DNA from: Podarcis bocagei | Lineage: Eukaryota | Length of the DNA stretch: 64,000 bases | Strand: one strand, 5' to 3' | Assembly: GCA_964188305.1 (NCBI GenBank) | Contig: OZ076894.1 | Part shown: positions 24,748 to 36,228 of the stretch, one piece after another | Position numbering within the stretch: the stretch's first letter is position 1 | Layout of the letters: every line of letters begins with the position of its first letter | Notes under the pieces: generated by a model | The model's input: the letters and a program-made list of their open reading frames with translations, nothing else | Told to the model about the DNA's origin: nothing | Database searches by the model: none | Made by a program: the position numbers and the translations under genes

Positions 24748-25343
24748 CCTGCATATACTTCTCCTTGCCACAATGTTCTTCCTTGGAGGCAGGTGCTTTC
24801 GACTCTCAGAGACCCTTGGTCTTTGCGCTGGTGGTACAGGCACATGTTTCCCATCAGCTCTGCAGTGCCTGGGCAACTCTCACATATTTTATAACACTGT
24901 ACCCACAGTTTAGAAATGCCCCATTGGCTGCGTTTCACCACATATTTCTGTTAAACAGACTTGCATAATTTAGATTTATCATTATCTTTTCATGTCTTTC
25001 ATTTCACAGGCAAATTCCCCTTAGAACAATAACCCCCAGTAACTATATTAACCCATATGTGTAACCAAGAGAACTTTAAAGGACAGCCATCCTGCATACT
25101 GCTGCTGCAATATAGGTTAAGAATTGCAGATAACATTTTATCTGTTTGTAAAGAACTGCCTACATTCCATTAATCTGCCGCTGAGGATCTAGTCATCAGC
25201 AGAGCATTTTTCAGCAATCTTATTTTAATGAAACACGTTTGGAATCTTGTTTTAATGAAACACGTTTGCCTTTATATGCGGAGAAATAAAATGGAAGGGT
25301 TACATTCTTCCCTTCACAATATCACAAGCGGGGTTTTTTAAAA

Positions 25344-25344
<1 letters not shown>

Positions 25345-25382
<38 letters not shown>
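25345..25382. repeat. (CA)n microsatellite
   Basis: Direct tandem repeat. Confidence 0.95.
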
Positions 25383-25387
<5 letters not shown>

Positions 25388-26008
25388 AAGAGAGGGATGG
25401 AAAAAATCTAAAAGTGAAGAAAAATAAGAAAGCAGTAGAACCACCTGGACTTCTAACTGTAGGTCTCATCCCTCTTTCATTTCCTCTGGTTAACCGTAAG
25501 TCACTTTATATCTCCCCAGATGAGAAATTAGAGGAGAACATTTCTTATCCTTTGCAATCAGGGCTTAATTTTAAACACAGCATTAGAGTCTGGATAGATT
25601 ATAAGTGACCAAAAGTAATTTCACACCATTGCTCTTTTAGTTAATATTGGTAGCTCTCGAACCGGTGTGAGGCTTAAGGAATTTAAGACATTTCACACTT
25701 GCTAAAATCCCTTTGCACCTCCGATGTCAGAATCAGAGTGGAGTAATGAACATCAAATCCTGTTTGCTGCTTTCATAGATTGCTATGCAGTGGAACATTC
25801 TTTAACCTCTTCAGGACAACCATAACCCACCCATTTCCCAAGCAGGAGGATGAAAGATACCAAGTATGCTTGAAAGAAGTGAGGTGAGGGAATGCACTCA
25901 CCACATGATTCAAGAGCCCAATTTAATGCTTTGGAAAATAATGCTCCTTAGTCCAAGGCACTTCATGGACTGCCTGATTTGGCCTGGGGTCTATTTAAGC
26001 TAAAATAG

Positions 26009-26352
26009 AGCGGGTGGCTCTGTGATCTAAACCACTAAAGAGTGGGTGGCATTGTGGTCTAAACCACCGAATGGAACATCAGTGGTTCGAATCTGCACGC
26101 TGGTGACAAGCTCCTGTTGCTCTGTCCCAGCTCCTGCCAACCTAGCAGTTTGAAAGCATGCCAGTTCAAGTAGATAAATAGGTACCACTGTGGTGGGAAG
26201 GTAAATGGCATTTCTGTGCACTCTGGTTTCCATCACGGTGTTCCGTTGTGCCAGAAGCAGTTTAGTCCTGCTGGCCACATGACAACGGAAAGATGTCTGT
26301 GGACAAATGCTGGTTCCCTCTGCCTGAAGCCCGATGACCCTTTGACTGGACT
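26009..26352 (+). mobile_element. Degenerate Sauria SINE with duplicated 5' head
   Basis: Two successive GGGTGGC..TGTG.TCTAAACCAC heads, then the CAAGTAGATAAATAGGTACC body. Confidence 0.75.
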
Positions 26353-26885
26353 TACAGTGAGTAAGAAAGGAATCACTTAATCTCTCTTATTGCTTTGTGG
26401 AGAAGTACTGTAGTCTGAAAACTGTAGAGATGAGAGATGTGCCCCTAGGTAGGAACCTACTAAATTACAAACAAATAGGTCCAGGGCCTTATATACTAGA
26501 AACATTTAAAGTTTTTTGTGGGGGGTGGGGTGGGACGAGAATTAAAAAGGATTTGCTTTTCAAGTAAAATAATTTCCCCTGTTTACAAGCTCAGCCTGTC
26601 AGCTCTCTCCATCCACCTTCTCCACCCTCTGGTAAATATGGCAAGCTTTGAGATATTACCTCAGCTTTTAAGGAAACACTTTTCCACAGCAATTTTTTTG
26701 CAGTCAGATTATTGAAGCATTGTCTGATTTTTCGCATTCATTGGGAAACTGTGTTGTTTCAATGCCGCTTGGCCCCAACTTGTTCTCCTGCCTGTTGCTT
26801 GATCTCAGCACAATTATTATTCTTATTTGCCCTCTCTGTCCTTTCCCTCATTTGCCCTCATTGGCATTTAATCTCCAATGGTGCC

Positions 26886-27318
26886 TGTAATGATTCTAGG
26901 GGTTGCTTGTGTGTAAATCAACGCCACTCTTGGCTGGTTGCCTGAATGAACCCTTTCTGTCTGGACAGCCACACGCCCGTGGCTGTCTCAATCGCTGGCA
27001 GAATCCGTTAGTGGGCGTTTCTTGAACTTCTTCCAGCAAAGAAGCTCTTTGATGCCTAGTCTCCTCCTAGCCTCCCTGCGCGGAAGCCTTCTGCACAGGG
27101 AGGGTGTGGGCATCGGAGGACCCGTGCTCTCCCCACTGGTTCCCGGCGAAGAGTCTTGGAGCCACCTCGCCGATTCCCCCATCTGCCCTCCTTCTCCACT
27201 GGTGTTACGCTGATTTCCTTCCCCAGAAGATGTGCTGCTTCTCTACCTCCCGGGACGCTCTCCGGAATCCCTCTGGAGCCCTCCCTCTCCCTCTGGCTCC
27301 AATGGCAGTTCCCTGACA
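26886..27318 (-). mobile_element. Solo LTR (Gypsy-like), family I copy 2
   Basis: Reverse complement starts TGTCAGGGAA and ends CATTACA; TSD GTGCC/GTGAC. Confidence 0.86.
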
Positions 27319-27349
27319 GTGACCTATGTCATTTTCTGGGTGGAACCCA

Positions 27350-27698
27350 GGACGCGGGTGGCTCTGTGGTGTAAACCACAGAGCCTAGGGCTTGCCAATC
27401 GGAAGGTCGGCGGTTCGAATCCCCGTGACGGGGTGAGCTCCCATTGCTTGGACCCAGCTCCTGCCCACCTAGCAGTTCAAAAGCATGCCAAAGTGCAAGT
27501 AGATAAATAGGTACTCTGGCGGGAAGGTAAACGGCATTTCCGTGTGCTGCTCTGGTTTGCCAGAGTCATGCTGGCCACATGACCTGGAAGCTGTCTACAG
27601 ACAAACGCCGGCTCCCTTGGCCTATAGAGCGAGATGAGCGTGCAACCCCAGAGTCGTCCACGACTGGACCTAATGATCAGGGGTACCTTTACCTTTAC
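27350..27698 (+). mobile_element. Sauria (Squam1) SINE
   Basis: Full head, body and ACCTTTACCTTT tail. Confidence 0.9.
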
Positions 27699-28085
27699 AT
27701 ATTATTATGTTATGTATTCTTGATTTTGTGTTTTTTATGTTGTAAACTGCCCTGTCATTTTCGGATGAAGAGTGGTATATAAATGTAACAACAACAACAA
27801 CAACAACAGATGATGTCGCAACTGCTAGTACAATAGATTTGAACAAATCACTACAGATTAAACAGTGGTAAGGACAAATTGGGTTCGTAGACAGTGAAGG
27901 AGGAGAAGTTCAGTAAAGAAGCCTGGGAAGAAAGGGGTGCCAAACAGCACTGAAACAACAAGAGAGCAAAAAGTTATGTAACTACCTTTTCTAGCAACTA
28001 GTTTGGCTGTAGACAATGAGCTAATTTCAAAGCAAATATTATAAACTGACATTAGGGAATATTTAGTATAGCCCTAATTGTTTGA

Positions 28086-28451
28086 GGGGACGCGGGTGGC
28101 GCTGTGGGTAAAAGCCTCAGCGCCTAGGGCTTGCCGATCGAAAGGTCGGCGGTTCGAATCCCCGCGGCGGGGTGCACTCCCGCTGCTCGGTCCCAGCGCC
28201 TGCCAACCTAGCAGTTCGAAAGCACCCCTGGGTGCAAGTAGATAAATAGGTACCGCTTAGCAGCGGGAAGGTAAACGGCGTTCCGTGTGCTGCGCTGGCT
28301 CGCCAGATGCAGCTTTGTCACGCTGGCCACGTGACCCGGAAGTGTCTCCGGACAGCGCTGGCCCCCGGCCTATAGATGTGAGATGGGCGCACAAACCCCA
28401 GAGTCTGTCAAGACTGGCCCGTTCGGGCAGGGGTACCTTTACCTTTACCTT
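28086..28451 (+). mobile_element. Sauria (Squam1) SINE, young CpG-rich copy
   Basis: Intact CpGs, (ACCTTT)3 tail, perfect TSD TAATTGTTTGA. Confidence 0.92.
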
Positions 28452-29585
28452 TAATTGTTTGACATGGTTTTGGCCAGAGTTAAGGATGGTTTGCTGGTTC
28501 TCTCTGCATGGACAACTCTGTTTTTTGTGTACTCCTGTGGCAACAGTTATACCAGGGGTAGCTAATATGGTGTCTGCTGGACTACAACTTCCAGCATCCT
28601 ATAGGTTGTGCTGGAATAGGACTGGACAGGCACCATGTTGATATCCTCTGAGTTATGTGGTCCTTGTGCATCTTCTACTAGCCCACAGCATCTTGGTGTA
28701 TGAGGGAGAATCGTGGGGGGGGGGGGTGTCAGTCACAACTATATAATGTTTCAAAAAGTATGGAGAGTGCCATTTGTGCCATCTGAAGGTTTAATGGAAT
28801 TATACCAGTTTGTGTCCAGTTAGAAGCACAGATCAATAAATTCACCCTTTTGCAAAGTCTATCATCCACTTTCAGCATAAGTGTCATTTTACTGTATTCA
28901 CAAGAGCTACTCCCAGGCTAACTGTTAAACAGGTTTGCAGTTTTAAGACACAGGGCCTAATTGGGAGAGTGCATGAACTTGCTCACCATATGCGCCATTT
29001 AGGTATGGATACAGCTGGCCAATGATGCTCTATTAGTTTGTAAGCATCCATGGATCATTAGTGAAAGGGCTTTTCATTCTGTTTCCGTTTGAGTCCTGGG
29101 TCTGGCATCTGCAAAGGACAAAAGGCAGTACCGTTGCACTTAAACCAGGGGGGGCTAAGACGATTTAAATGCAAGCTTTATGTGGTATTCAGGTTGTGCT
29201 AAGCTAGTTTATTCTGGGTGCAATCCTGCACTTCTAGGAATCAGTGGCAAAATCTGTGGATATTAATGGAGCAGGATTGCAGTCACTGGCTTTTGCATCG
29301 AAAGTCATGCATATTCCCTTAATGCAGCTTTTGGGACTCCTTTCTCCTTGCTCCATTATCCTTATTGTTCCAGTACATTTTTTTCCAAGCTTAAAATATG
29401 TAAAAAGTACAGTGCAAAGGAAGTCTGATGTACATTAAAATGCAAAGGAATAAATCCACTGGAAAATCTGGAAATAGGCCCACTCTAGTTATCAAGAATA
29501 AAAGCAAATGAAAGTAATTCTTATTTAACCAAAGCGGTAGAATCTAGCATTACAGCATTCCCATAGTCCCTTGCTAAAACACATG

Positions 29586-29772
29586 GAAGGGCCATAGCTA
29601 GTGGAAGAGCATCTGTTCTGCGTGCAGAAGGTCCTATTTTCGATCCCTGGCATCTCCAGGTAGGCCAGGGGGAAAAACTCCATCTGAAATTTTGGAGAGG
29701 CACTGCCAGTCAGTGCAAACAGTACTGAGGTAGATGGACCAGTGGTCTCACTCTGTATAAGTCAGCTTCCTA
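29586..29772 (+). mobile_element. tRNA-derived SINE (Squam3-like)
   Basis: tRNA-like head (GGCCATAGCT.AGTGG.AGAGCATCTG...TTCGATCCCTGGCATCTCCAG) and GCTTCCTA 3' end. Confidence 0.75.
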
Positions 29773-29827
29773 CGCTTCAGTGTTACAAGAGTCTTGCGCT
29801 GCAATCCAATGCAGGCAGAAGGCATTA

Positions 29828-30172
29828 CAGTGGTGCCCCGCAAGACGAATGCCTCGCAAGACAGAAAACTCGCTAGACGAAAGAGTTTTCCGTTTTGGAG
29901 GTGCTTCACAAAACGAATTTCCTATGGGCTTGCTTCGCAAGACAACAATGTCTTGCGAGTTCCTGCTGGTTTTTTTTCCTCCCCCCCCCCTTTCTAAGCC
30001 GCTAAGCCGCTTATCAGCTGATCCGATCAGCAGATAAGCCGCTAAAAGCCGCTAAAAGCCGCTAATAGCGCTAATCCGCTAATCCTTCAATGGGCTTGCT
30101 TCGCAAGACAAAAAAACCGCTAGACGAAGAGAATCACAAAACGGATTCTTTTCGTCTTGCGAGGCACCACTG
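29828..30172. mobile_element. Tc1/mariner MITE family A with internal AAGCCGCTA repeats
   Basis: Same TIRs as 2916-3218, TA TSD. Confidence 0.85.
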
Positions 30173-30879
30173 TATAACTATTTTGTGGTGTGCCATTAAA
30201 TATACGGTTTCCAGTAAGTGCTAAACATAGACCTCTTGGACAAGGGGAAATGCTTCTGAAAAACTCCTTCAAAGTTGGTCGCAGAAATTCATTCTCTTCT
30301 TCTTACGTCGTGCAATGAGACATCACTTTGCTGCAGATTTCAGCTACACACATTTCCTTGTTTGTTACATTCCTGCCTTTCTCTGAGGACTCCAGAGTGG
30401 CATACCTGGAGCTCCCACGTCCTCCAAATATTGTCCAGATGTGAATCAGGCTACATCCTAGAGAAGGTGTGAAACTTTGAATGTAGTGAGGGGGGGCAGC
30501 GACAGCTTCTCCCATTGGATTCTCCCTCTGATCCCATCATCTGCCTGCTGTACTGACTAGGGATAGGGGTGGGATTTAGTTAAAAACACGAATCTACCTA
30601 ATTCAGGCTTCCTGAAATACACAAACCAGAACACAGCTATCCTTTGAAATCCTCACTTTTCTGAATTATATGATGCCATTCTCCAAGCAAATAAAGTGTT
30701 TAAAAAAAGCATACGTATGGAAAAAGTGTACATAAAAATGCATAGATTAGTCAGAACAACATGCAAAAATGCATTATATTATGTTAATGGTATAAAAAGA
30801 AAATTGTGACTGTGTAAATTATGGATGTATTGCAATATGGAAGGGTTAAATAGCACGACTGTGCTCTATTACTGTTATT

Positions 30880-31090
30880 TATTCATTTATTAAATTTACA
30901 TTCTGCCTCTGTTCCAAGGAGCTCTAGCTGGTGGACATTGTTCTCCCTCTCCCCATTTTATCCTCACAACAACCCTGTGAGGTAGGTTCGCCTACCTAAG
31001 GTACATAAGGTAACCTAGTGAGCTTCTTGCTTGAGCGGGGATCAGAACACTGGTCTCCCAGGTTGTAGTAGATCACTCTGCACCACACTG
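30880..31090 (-). mobile_element. Old MIR-like/CORE-type SINE remnant
   Basis: CCCCATTTTATCCTCACAACAACCCTGTGAGGTAGG core motif; similar remnants near 33600-33855 and 51445-51630. Confidence 0.55.
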
Positions 31091-31106
31091 CTGCACATAT
31101 GCATAT

Positions 31107-31142
<36 letters not shown>

Positions 31143-31456
31143 ATAAAGACTTCCCTGTGGATTTGGGCAAAGACTACAATCTTGCTCACAGCACCATAGA
31201 ATTTGGTCAGGTGGTATCCAAATAAATAGTTCCTCTAGCTTTTGATTGTGCAATTGAACTTCTCTTCTGCTACTCACCCCGTGCTCACCCCAAAATTTGT
31301 TCTGGGGTTTCCTCCAGCCCTCCTGAACAAGGAGGGCACAGGGGCACATGGGGAGAGGAGAAGAAGGGGAAGTTCCCTTGTGCAGGCAGAAATCCCTAGA
31401 AGAGGTACTTCATTGGGTACTGTCCGTAAGATTTATCTCTATTTAATTAGAGTGAA

Positions 31457-31665
31457 AGACCCTGGAAAAGACCCTGATGTTGGGAAAGATGGAGGGCACA
31501 AGGAGAAGGGGACGACAGAGGACAAGATGGTTGAATAGTGTTCTCGAAACTACCAACATGAGTTTGACCAAACTGCGGGAGACAGTGGAAGACAGGAGGC
31601 CTGGCGTGCTCTGGTCCATGGGGTCACGAAGAGTCGGACACGACTAAACGACTAAACAACAACAA
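31457..31665 (+). mobile_element. BovB (RTE) LINE 3' end
   Basis: GACCCTGATGTTGGGAAAGATGGAGGGC...CATGGGGTCACGAAGAGTCGGACACGACT and (CAA)n tail; TSD AATTAGAGTGA. Confidence 0.9.
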
Positions 31666-32586
31666 ATTAGAGTGAGGGCTGCACTTACAAACAATACCAG
31701 AAAGGCTATTTCCATAAGGTTTGAACAAATATGTAAGAGCTATTCAGTTTTTTTTTTTTACTTTAAACATAATGCTGAGTATGTTAAGTATCTTAGCATC
31801 CAGGGCTCCAATATAAGCAGCCTGATCTGAGTCTATTACATCTTTCATCTTTCTTTGTCTGCATCCAGATGGCTTACAATGACCTATTAGCATTGTGCCA
31901 GTTCTGTTCAAGTCTTTTAAATATCCCCATGGCTTGGAAAATTATCAAATGCCTGCTATGAAATAATAATAATAATAATAAGACGCAAAACATCCGAATG
32001 CTCACTGCTGAACATGCTAAATGAGCTAAATAATGGGAAACATATTTACAATGCACTTTAGTAGTAAACCTATCCAATTTGTGATTTAAGAGGTCAAACT
32101 ATTGGGGTTTTATTTTATTTTCCTTTTTTGCATTCTTCGTAATTTTAGAAGAAGCAGGCTAGGAAATCTGCACTCGCAGGCCTTATAAAACTGCCTCCCT
32201 TATTTTGAATAATAGACATCGATTGTAAAAACGGTGCGGATGGACCCCCTTCCTTCCCCTCCATCCTTCCGTTCATTCACACATTCTGGCTGGAGAGTCT
32301 GCCACCCGTGAGGCTTACAATACAGATGAAACTTTTTCTCCTTTGTTTCTCCCTTTTCTTGGCATCGATCATGGAGAATCCAGCCACCTACTTGCTCCAT
32401 GAATCAGGGCCAGAAGAGCTGCTAACAACAGATGCAAACATTCCCAAAGATGAGTGCCAGCCTTCATGTTCTGAGTTTAACTCAAGAATGTGAAACAAAT
32501 TATTTCCAATCACCAGGCTGCCCAGTGTTGGGAGTGCAACAGCAGAGATCATTCAGTCTATAACCAATGGATTAATTCTGTTAGGC

Positions 32587-32896
32587 TCAGTATACCTGAA
32601 GGCGCATCTCCAGCCCCATAGTTCAGCCCGGACACTGAGATCCAGCTCCGAGGCCCTTCTGGCATTTCCCTCACTGCGAGACGTGAAGCTACAGGGAACC
32701 AGACAGAGGGCCTTCTTGGTAGTGGCACCTGCCCCATGGAAAGCCCTCCCATCAGATGTCAAGGAAATAAACAACTATATGACTTTCAGAAGACATCTGG
32801 AGGCAGCCCTGTTTAGGGAAGCTTTTAATGTTTGATGTTTAATTGTATTTTTTATATTTTGTTGGAAGCTGCCCAGAGTGGCTGGGGAATAAATAA

Positions 32897-32975
<79 letters not shown>
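32587..32975 (+). mobile_element. L2 LINE 3' end with long (AAT)n tail
   Basis: Homologous to the element at 134-568. Confidence 0.8.
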
Positions 32976-33948
32976 TTAAGCCAAGACAGGGGAGGGTGAA
33001 GGTGGCAACCTGCTATGTTCAAGGCGTGACCTAAGAAAGAACTAGCCTCTTTCTTTCTCCTCAAATTATACACATTTTTCTTTCGGTTGGCTCAGTAAAT
33101 TTTTGTTTTGTTCTATTGTTTGGTAGAAAAACATGCAACAATAAATAAATTATACAAGAGGGCAAGAGTAGATGTGGATGCAGGAAAAAAAAATCAAAAC
33201 TTCTTGGGCTCCATTCCTCCTTTCTTCCTGCCCAGGGTCGCCCTGCCCTCTGCCAGCTGGGCCTTAGTGGCAGCAGTCTCTCTTGCTCCTCACTTGCACT
33301 CCAGCAGCTGCTACAAGCTGTTCAAGGGAGGAAGCTGACAGTTGTGGCCATGGAGAGGCAAAGGGGTGCTCCCTTGCCACTGCCCAGTGTCGCTGCCACT
33401 GCTCATCCTCCTTGGTGGCGGCACAGGGGGTACGCTTGGTACGCTTGGAGGGTATGCTGAAGCGTACCACAAAACAGTGCCCCTCTTCCCCAGCAGGGAA
33501 GAAGGGTGTGAGTGAAGACGTACATTATAGCGAGAAGCTGAGCATAAAGATCTACAATGGGATCTGCTGCCTCTGTGGATCCTGCCACCTGAGATGGTTG
33601 CCTCACCTTGCCTCGTGGGTCATAGTCACTTTATTTGTGTACTGTTTCTCTGTATCCTTAAACCTAAGAGTGTCGCCATGCCTGCAGCTGACTGGCATTT
33701 GGTCTCAGAATATTGCTCCAAAGGGAATAATGCACCCCTCAGACTGCAACGTGTTCCCCAGTGACATAAAGTGACATAGCAAGCTTGTGGCTGCTGTGAG
33801 ATCTGAACCAGGGACCACTAGGCTCCCACCAAACACACTTAGCCACTGCACACCATTTCTAAATGGCAATTTCTTCGGGGCCCTTAGTCAAATGACTGCA
33901 GCGTTTAAAAGGGGTGAATGAAGATAATAAAGTGGAGCTCTGTGGATG

Positions 33949-33962
33949 TTGCCACCTACTGG
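33949..33962 (-). promoter_or_regulatory. Candidate CTCF motif in GNMT intron 1
   Basis: Reverse complement CCAGTAGGTGGCAA matches the CTCF core. Confidence 0.45.
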
Positions 33963-34452
33963 CAAGCAAGGAGAGCTTCCTGCCACCCAGGGCCGTCTTA
34001 AGCACATCAGGTGCTGTGGTGCAAAGATCCCTCCGCGCCCCCCCCATTTCCCAGAATTGCCGACCTTTACCCAAGCCTCTGTGGGGATCGCTCTCCTCCT
34101 GCCCACGTGTCATATTCCTAACGGGGTGGGGGGAGCCTCTCCCACAACAAAGCGACGGGGGCCCTTTCCTTTCATTTAAATCACACCCGACTCGTTTGAA
34201 GCACACGCCTTCAAAGAATCCTGAGAAGTGGTGGTTTGTTAGAGGTCGCTGGGAATTGTAGTTTCCAGAAATCTTGGGTGCGGGGTGTGGAGCCATGTGC
34301 TTTCAATGAGGGGGGGAGGTCCTGATCAGCTGCCGCATGCGTAGATCTGGATTAGAGCCACAAACCCCCCTGGGGAGAAGGGAGCCCAGGCCTTCAAGCT
34401 GGGTCATGATCCAGCACCCAGCACTGCGTCCTCCTCCTGCCGTGTGACTCAC

Positions 34453-34658
34453 CCAGTGCCACAGGCCAAGTCGAGCACCGTATTGCAGCGCTGGGCATGC
34501 AGCAGTGACACCAGCCAGTTCTTGTACTCGGCAGTGCGGCTTCGCGTGTCGCCGATGTAGAGTTGCCAGACCTGTGCTGCACGGCCATTGACATACTGGT
34601 CTGGCAGCCCCTCGGCTCCCACGCCCAGTGAGCGGGTCTGGTAGATGCTGTCCACCAT
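34453..34658 (-). CDS. GNMT: Glycine N-methyltransferase, coding part of exon 1
   Basis: Translates to [69 protein letters not shown], closely matching the mammalian GNMT N-terminus ([49 protein letters not shown]...VLDVACGTG) with SAM-binding motif I. Strong Kozak context (GCCATGG), GG|gtgagt donor, and 206-nt phase-2 CDS length as in mammalian exon 1. Confidence 0.96.
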
Positions 34659-35050
34659 GGCAAGCGCACAGAGGCTCCTGCAGGCACCAACGGATGGACA
34701 GGAGAGCGCGCGCATCCACGAGCGAGCGCCTAGCTGCTGCTACTGCTCCTGCTGCTGCCAGCCATATAGTTGGCAGGGCACAGCTTCCATCCTAAGCCTC
34801 TGCAGGGAACACTCTCCTCCCACAGAGGCTTTGGAGGCAAGCTGCATGCCCGCCAGTCATATGGTTGACGGGGCACAGCTGGTGGGCGTGCAGGGAAAGG
34901 GGAGGCCGCCAGCAAAGCCACGCAGCTCCCCCACTTGCTGGGGCGCCCCTGAGAGGCCAGCGCCCTGGCGCAATGTGCCACTAAGCCCAATAGGAAAGAC
35001 GGCTCTGCTGCCACCACAGTGTTAGGATTAGGTGCAAAATCGGTATGTCG
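34659..35050 (-). promoter_or_regulatory. GNMT 5'UTR and CpG-rich proximal promoter
   Basis: Local GC and CpG enrichment around and upstream of the ATG; TATA-like CTATATGG on the minus strand near 34762-34769; CCAAT box near 34987. TSS not determinable. Confidence 0.6.
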
Positions 35051-35572
35051 AAACTGAGAAGCTCTGGTTTGCAGTTTTCAATGCACGCCTTAATCAGCTT
35101 TATACATTTCTGCAGTCTAATTCACATACAGAAGACCCCATTCTGCCTGACGTTTTCTTAGCCCAGTGATGAAATCTTCATGCCAAGCCCTGGCTCTCTC
35201 GCACACCCATCTCCTCCCATTCCTACCTCTGAAGCTGCCAAGTTTTCATTGCTCTGAAGCCAAAACTAAACAATATTACTGTCTTGCACCTTGAATAGCA
35301 GCTGTGACTCCCCCCCCCCCGCATGGTGATTTAGGAATAGTAAAGTTAAGCAACTAGATTTTTTTTAAAAAATCCCACATGAACACACAGGTGTTTTAGC
35401 TCTGTAAAATTGAAAAATACCTAACTTTGAAAAAAGTTGTGACATGATTACTTATGCATAGAAAACCCACGCTAGGTGGTTTTGGAGCGATTAGTACATT
35501 TGCTTTCTCTCTTATTATATTTAGTGCTTTCAGAGGTCGAAAGCCTCATTGAATAGGTGCCACATGTAAAGA

Positions 35573-36228
35573 AAGGGCTGTGGTCAGTGGCAGAGCAACT
35601 GCTTTCCTTGCAAAGGGTCCTCGGTTCAGTCCCTGGAATGTCCAGGTAAAGCTGCAAGTGTCCCTTGTCTGAAACCCTGGACAGCTGCTGCCTGTCAGTG
35701 TAGGTGTCATGTGTGGAGAGTCCTGTCCTCCCCCGGTAACTTCATAGGTGAGAATCACAAGCAGTTTGTATGTTATAGTCGTTTTTATTCAGTCATCTGG
35801 TTGCAAAGCAAGAATCCATATCTTTCCACAAAGAGAGGTCTTGGCTACTCTGAGCCCTTCCCCTTCTGCCCCCAGCAACATCCTGGGCACCAACAGGAAG
35901 TTCTGCCTCTCTGCGCTCTCTGTTCCCTAATATGGAGAGACCTACGAGCCTGAGGGGAAGAGGGGGTCACCCAGGCTCTCTAGGGATGTCTCTGCTGGCT
36001 GTTCTCTCCCTCCCCTCTCTCCCTCCACTATCTCATAGCTCGGTAACTCCTGTGGAGGCTATGCAGTATTCTCCTCTCTCTCCCCTACTGAAACTGCTGG
36101 GGAGAAGGGGGGTGAGTCTCTCCCCCCCCCCGCCTTCGGAGAGAAGCCAATGTGATTGCGGGTACCCTTCCCAATCCTCCTGTTCGGACCATTCCCTGAC
36201 AGTAGACAATACTGAACTCTATGGACCA
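35573..36228 (+). mobile_element. Squam3-like SINE interrupted by a solo LTR
   Basis: SINE halves rejoin as CTGTCAGTGTAG|ACAATACTGAACTCTATGGACCA. Confidence 0.65.
35705..36201 (-). mobile_element. Solo LTR (Gypsy-like), family III
   Basis: Reverse complement TGTCAGGGAA...TGACA, TSD GTAGG/GTAGA, AATAAA on the minus strand near 35784-35789. Confidence 0.78.

Noticed and set aside
24749-24947. Open minus-strand frame next to the LTR as a possible exon
   Set aside because: Weak pyrimidine tract, and the apparent donor is created by the LTR junction.
25216-25268. 27-bp tandem duplication
   Set aside because: Simple local slippage duplication with no further structure.
28086-28170. tRNA-like A and B boxes
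   Set aside because: They are SINE heads, not tRNA genes; no complete cloverleaf.
33264-33774. GC-rich segment with a 163-aa ORF and GGTACGCTT direct and inverted repeats
   Set aside because: Low-information translation running into an old SINE remnant; probably decayed TE sequence.
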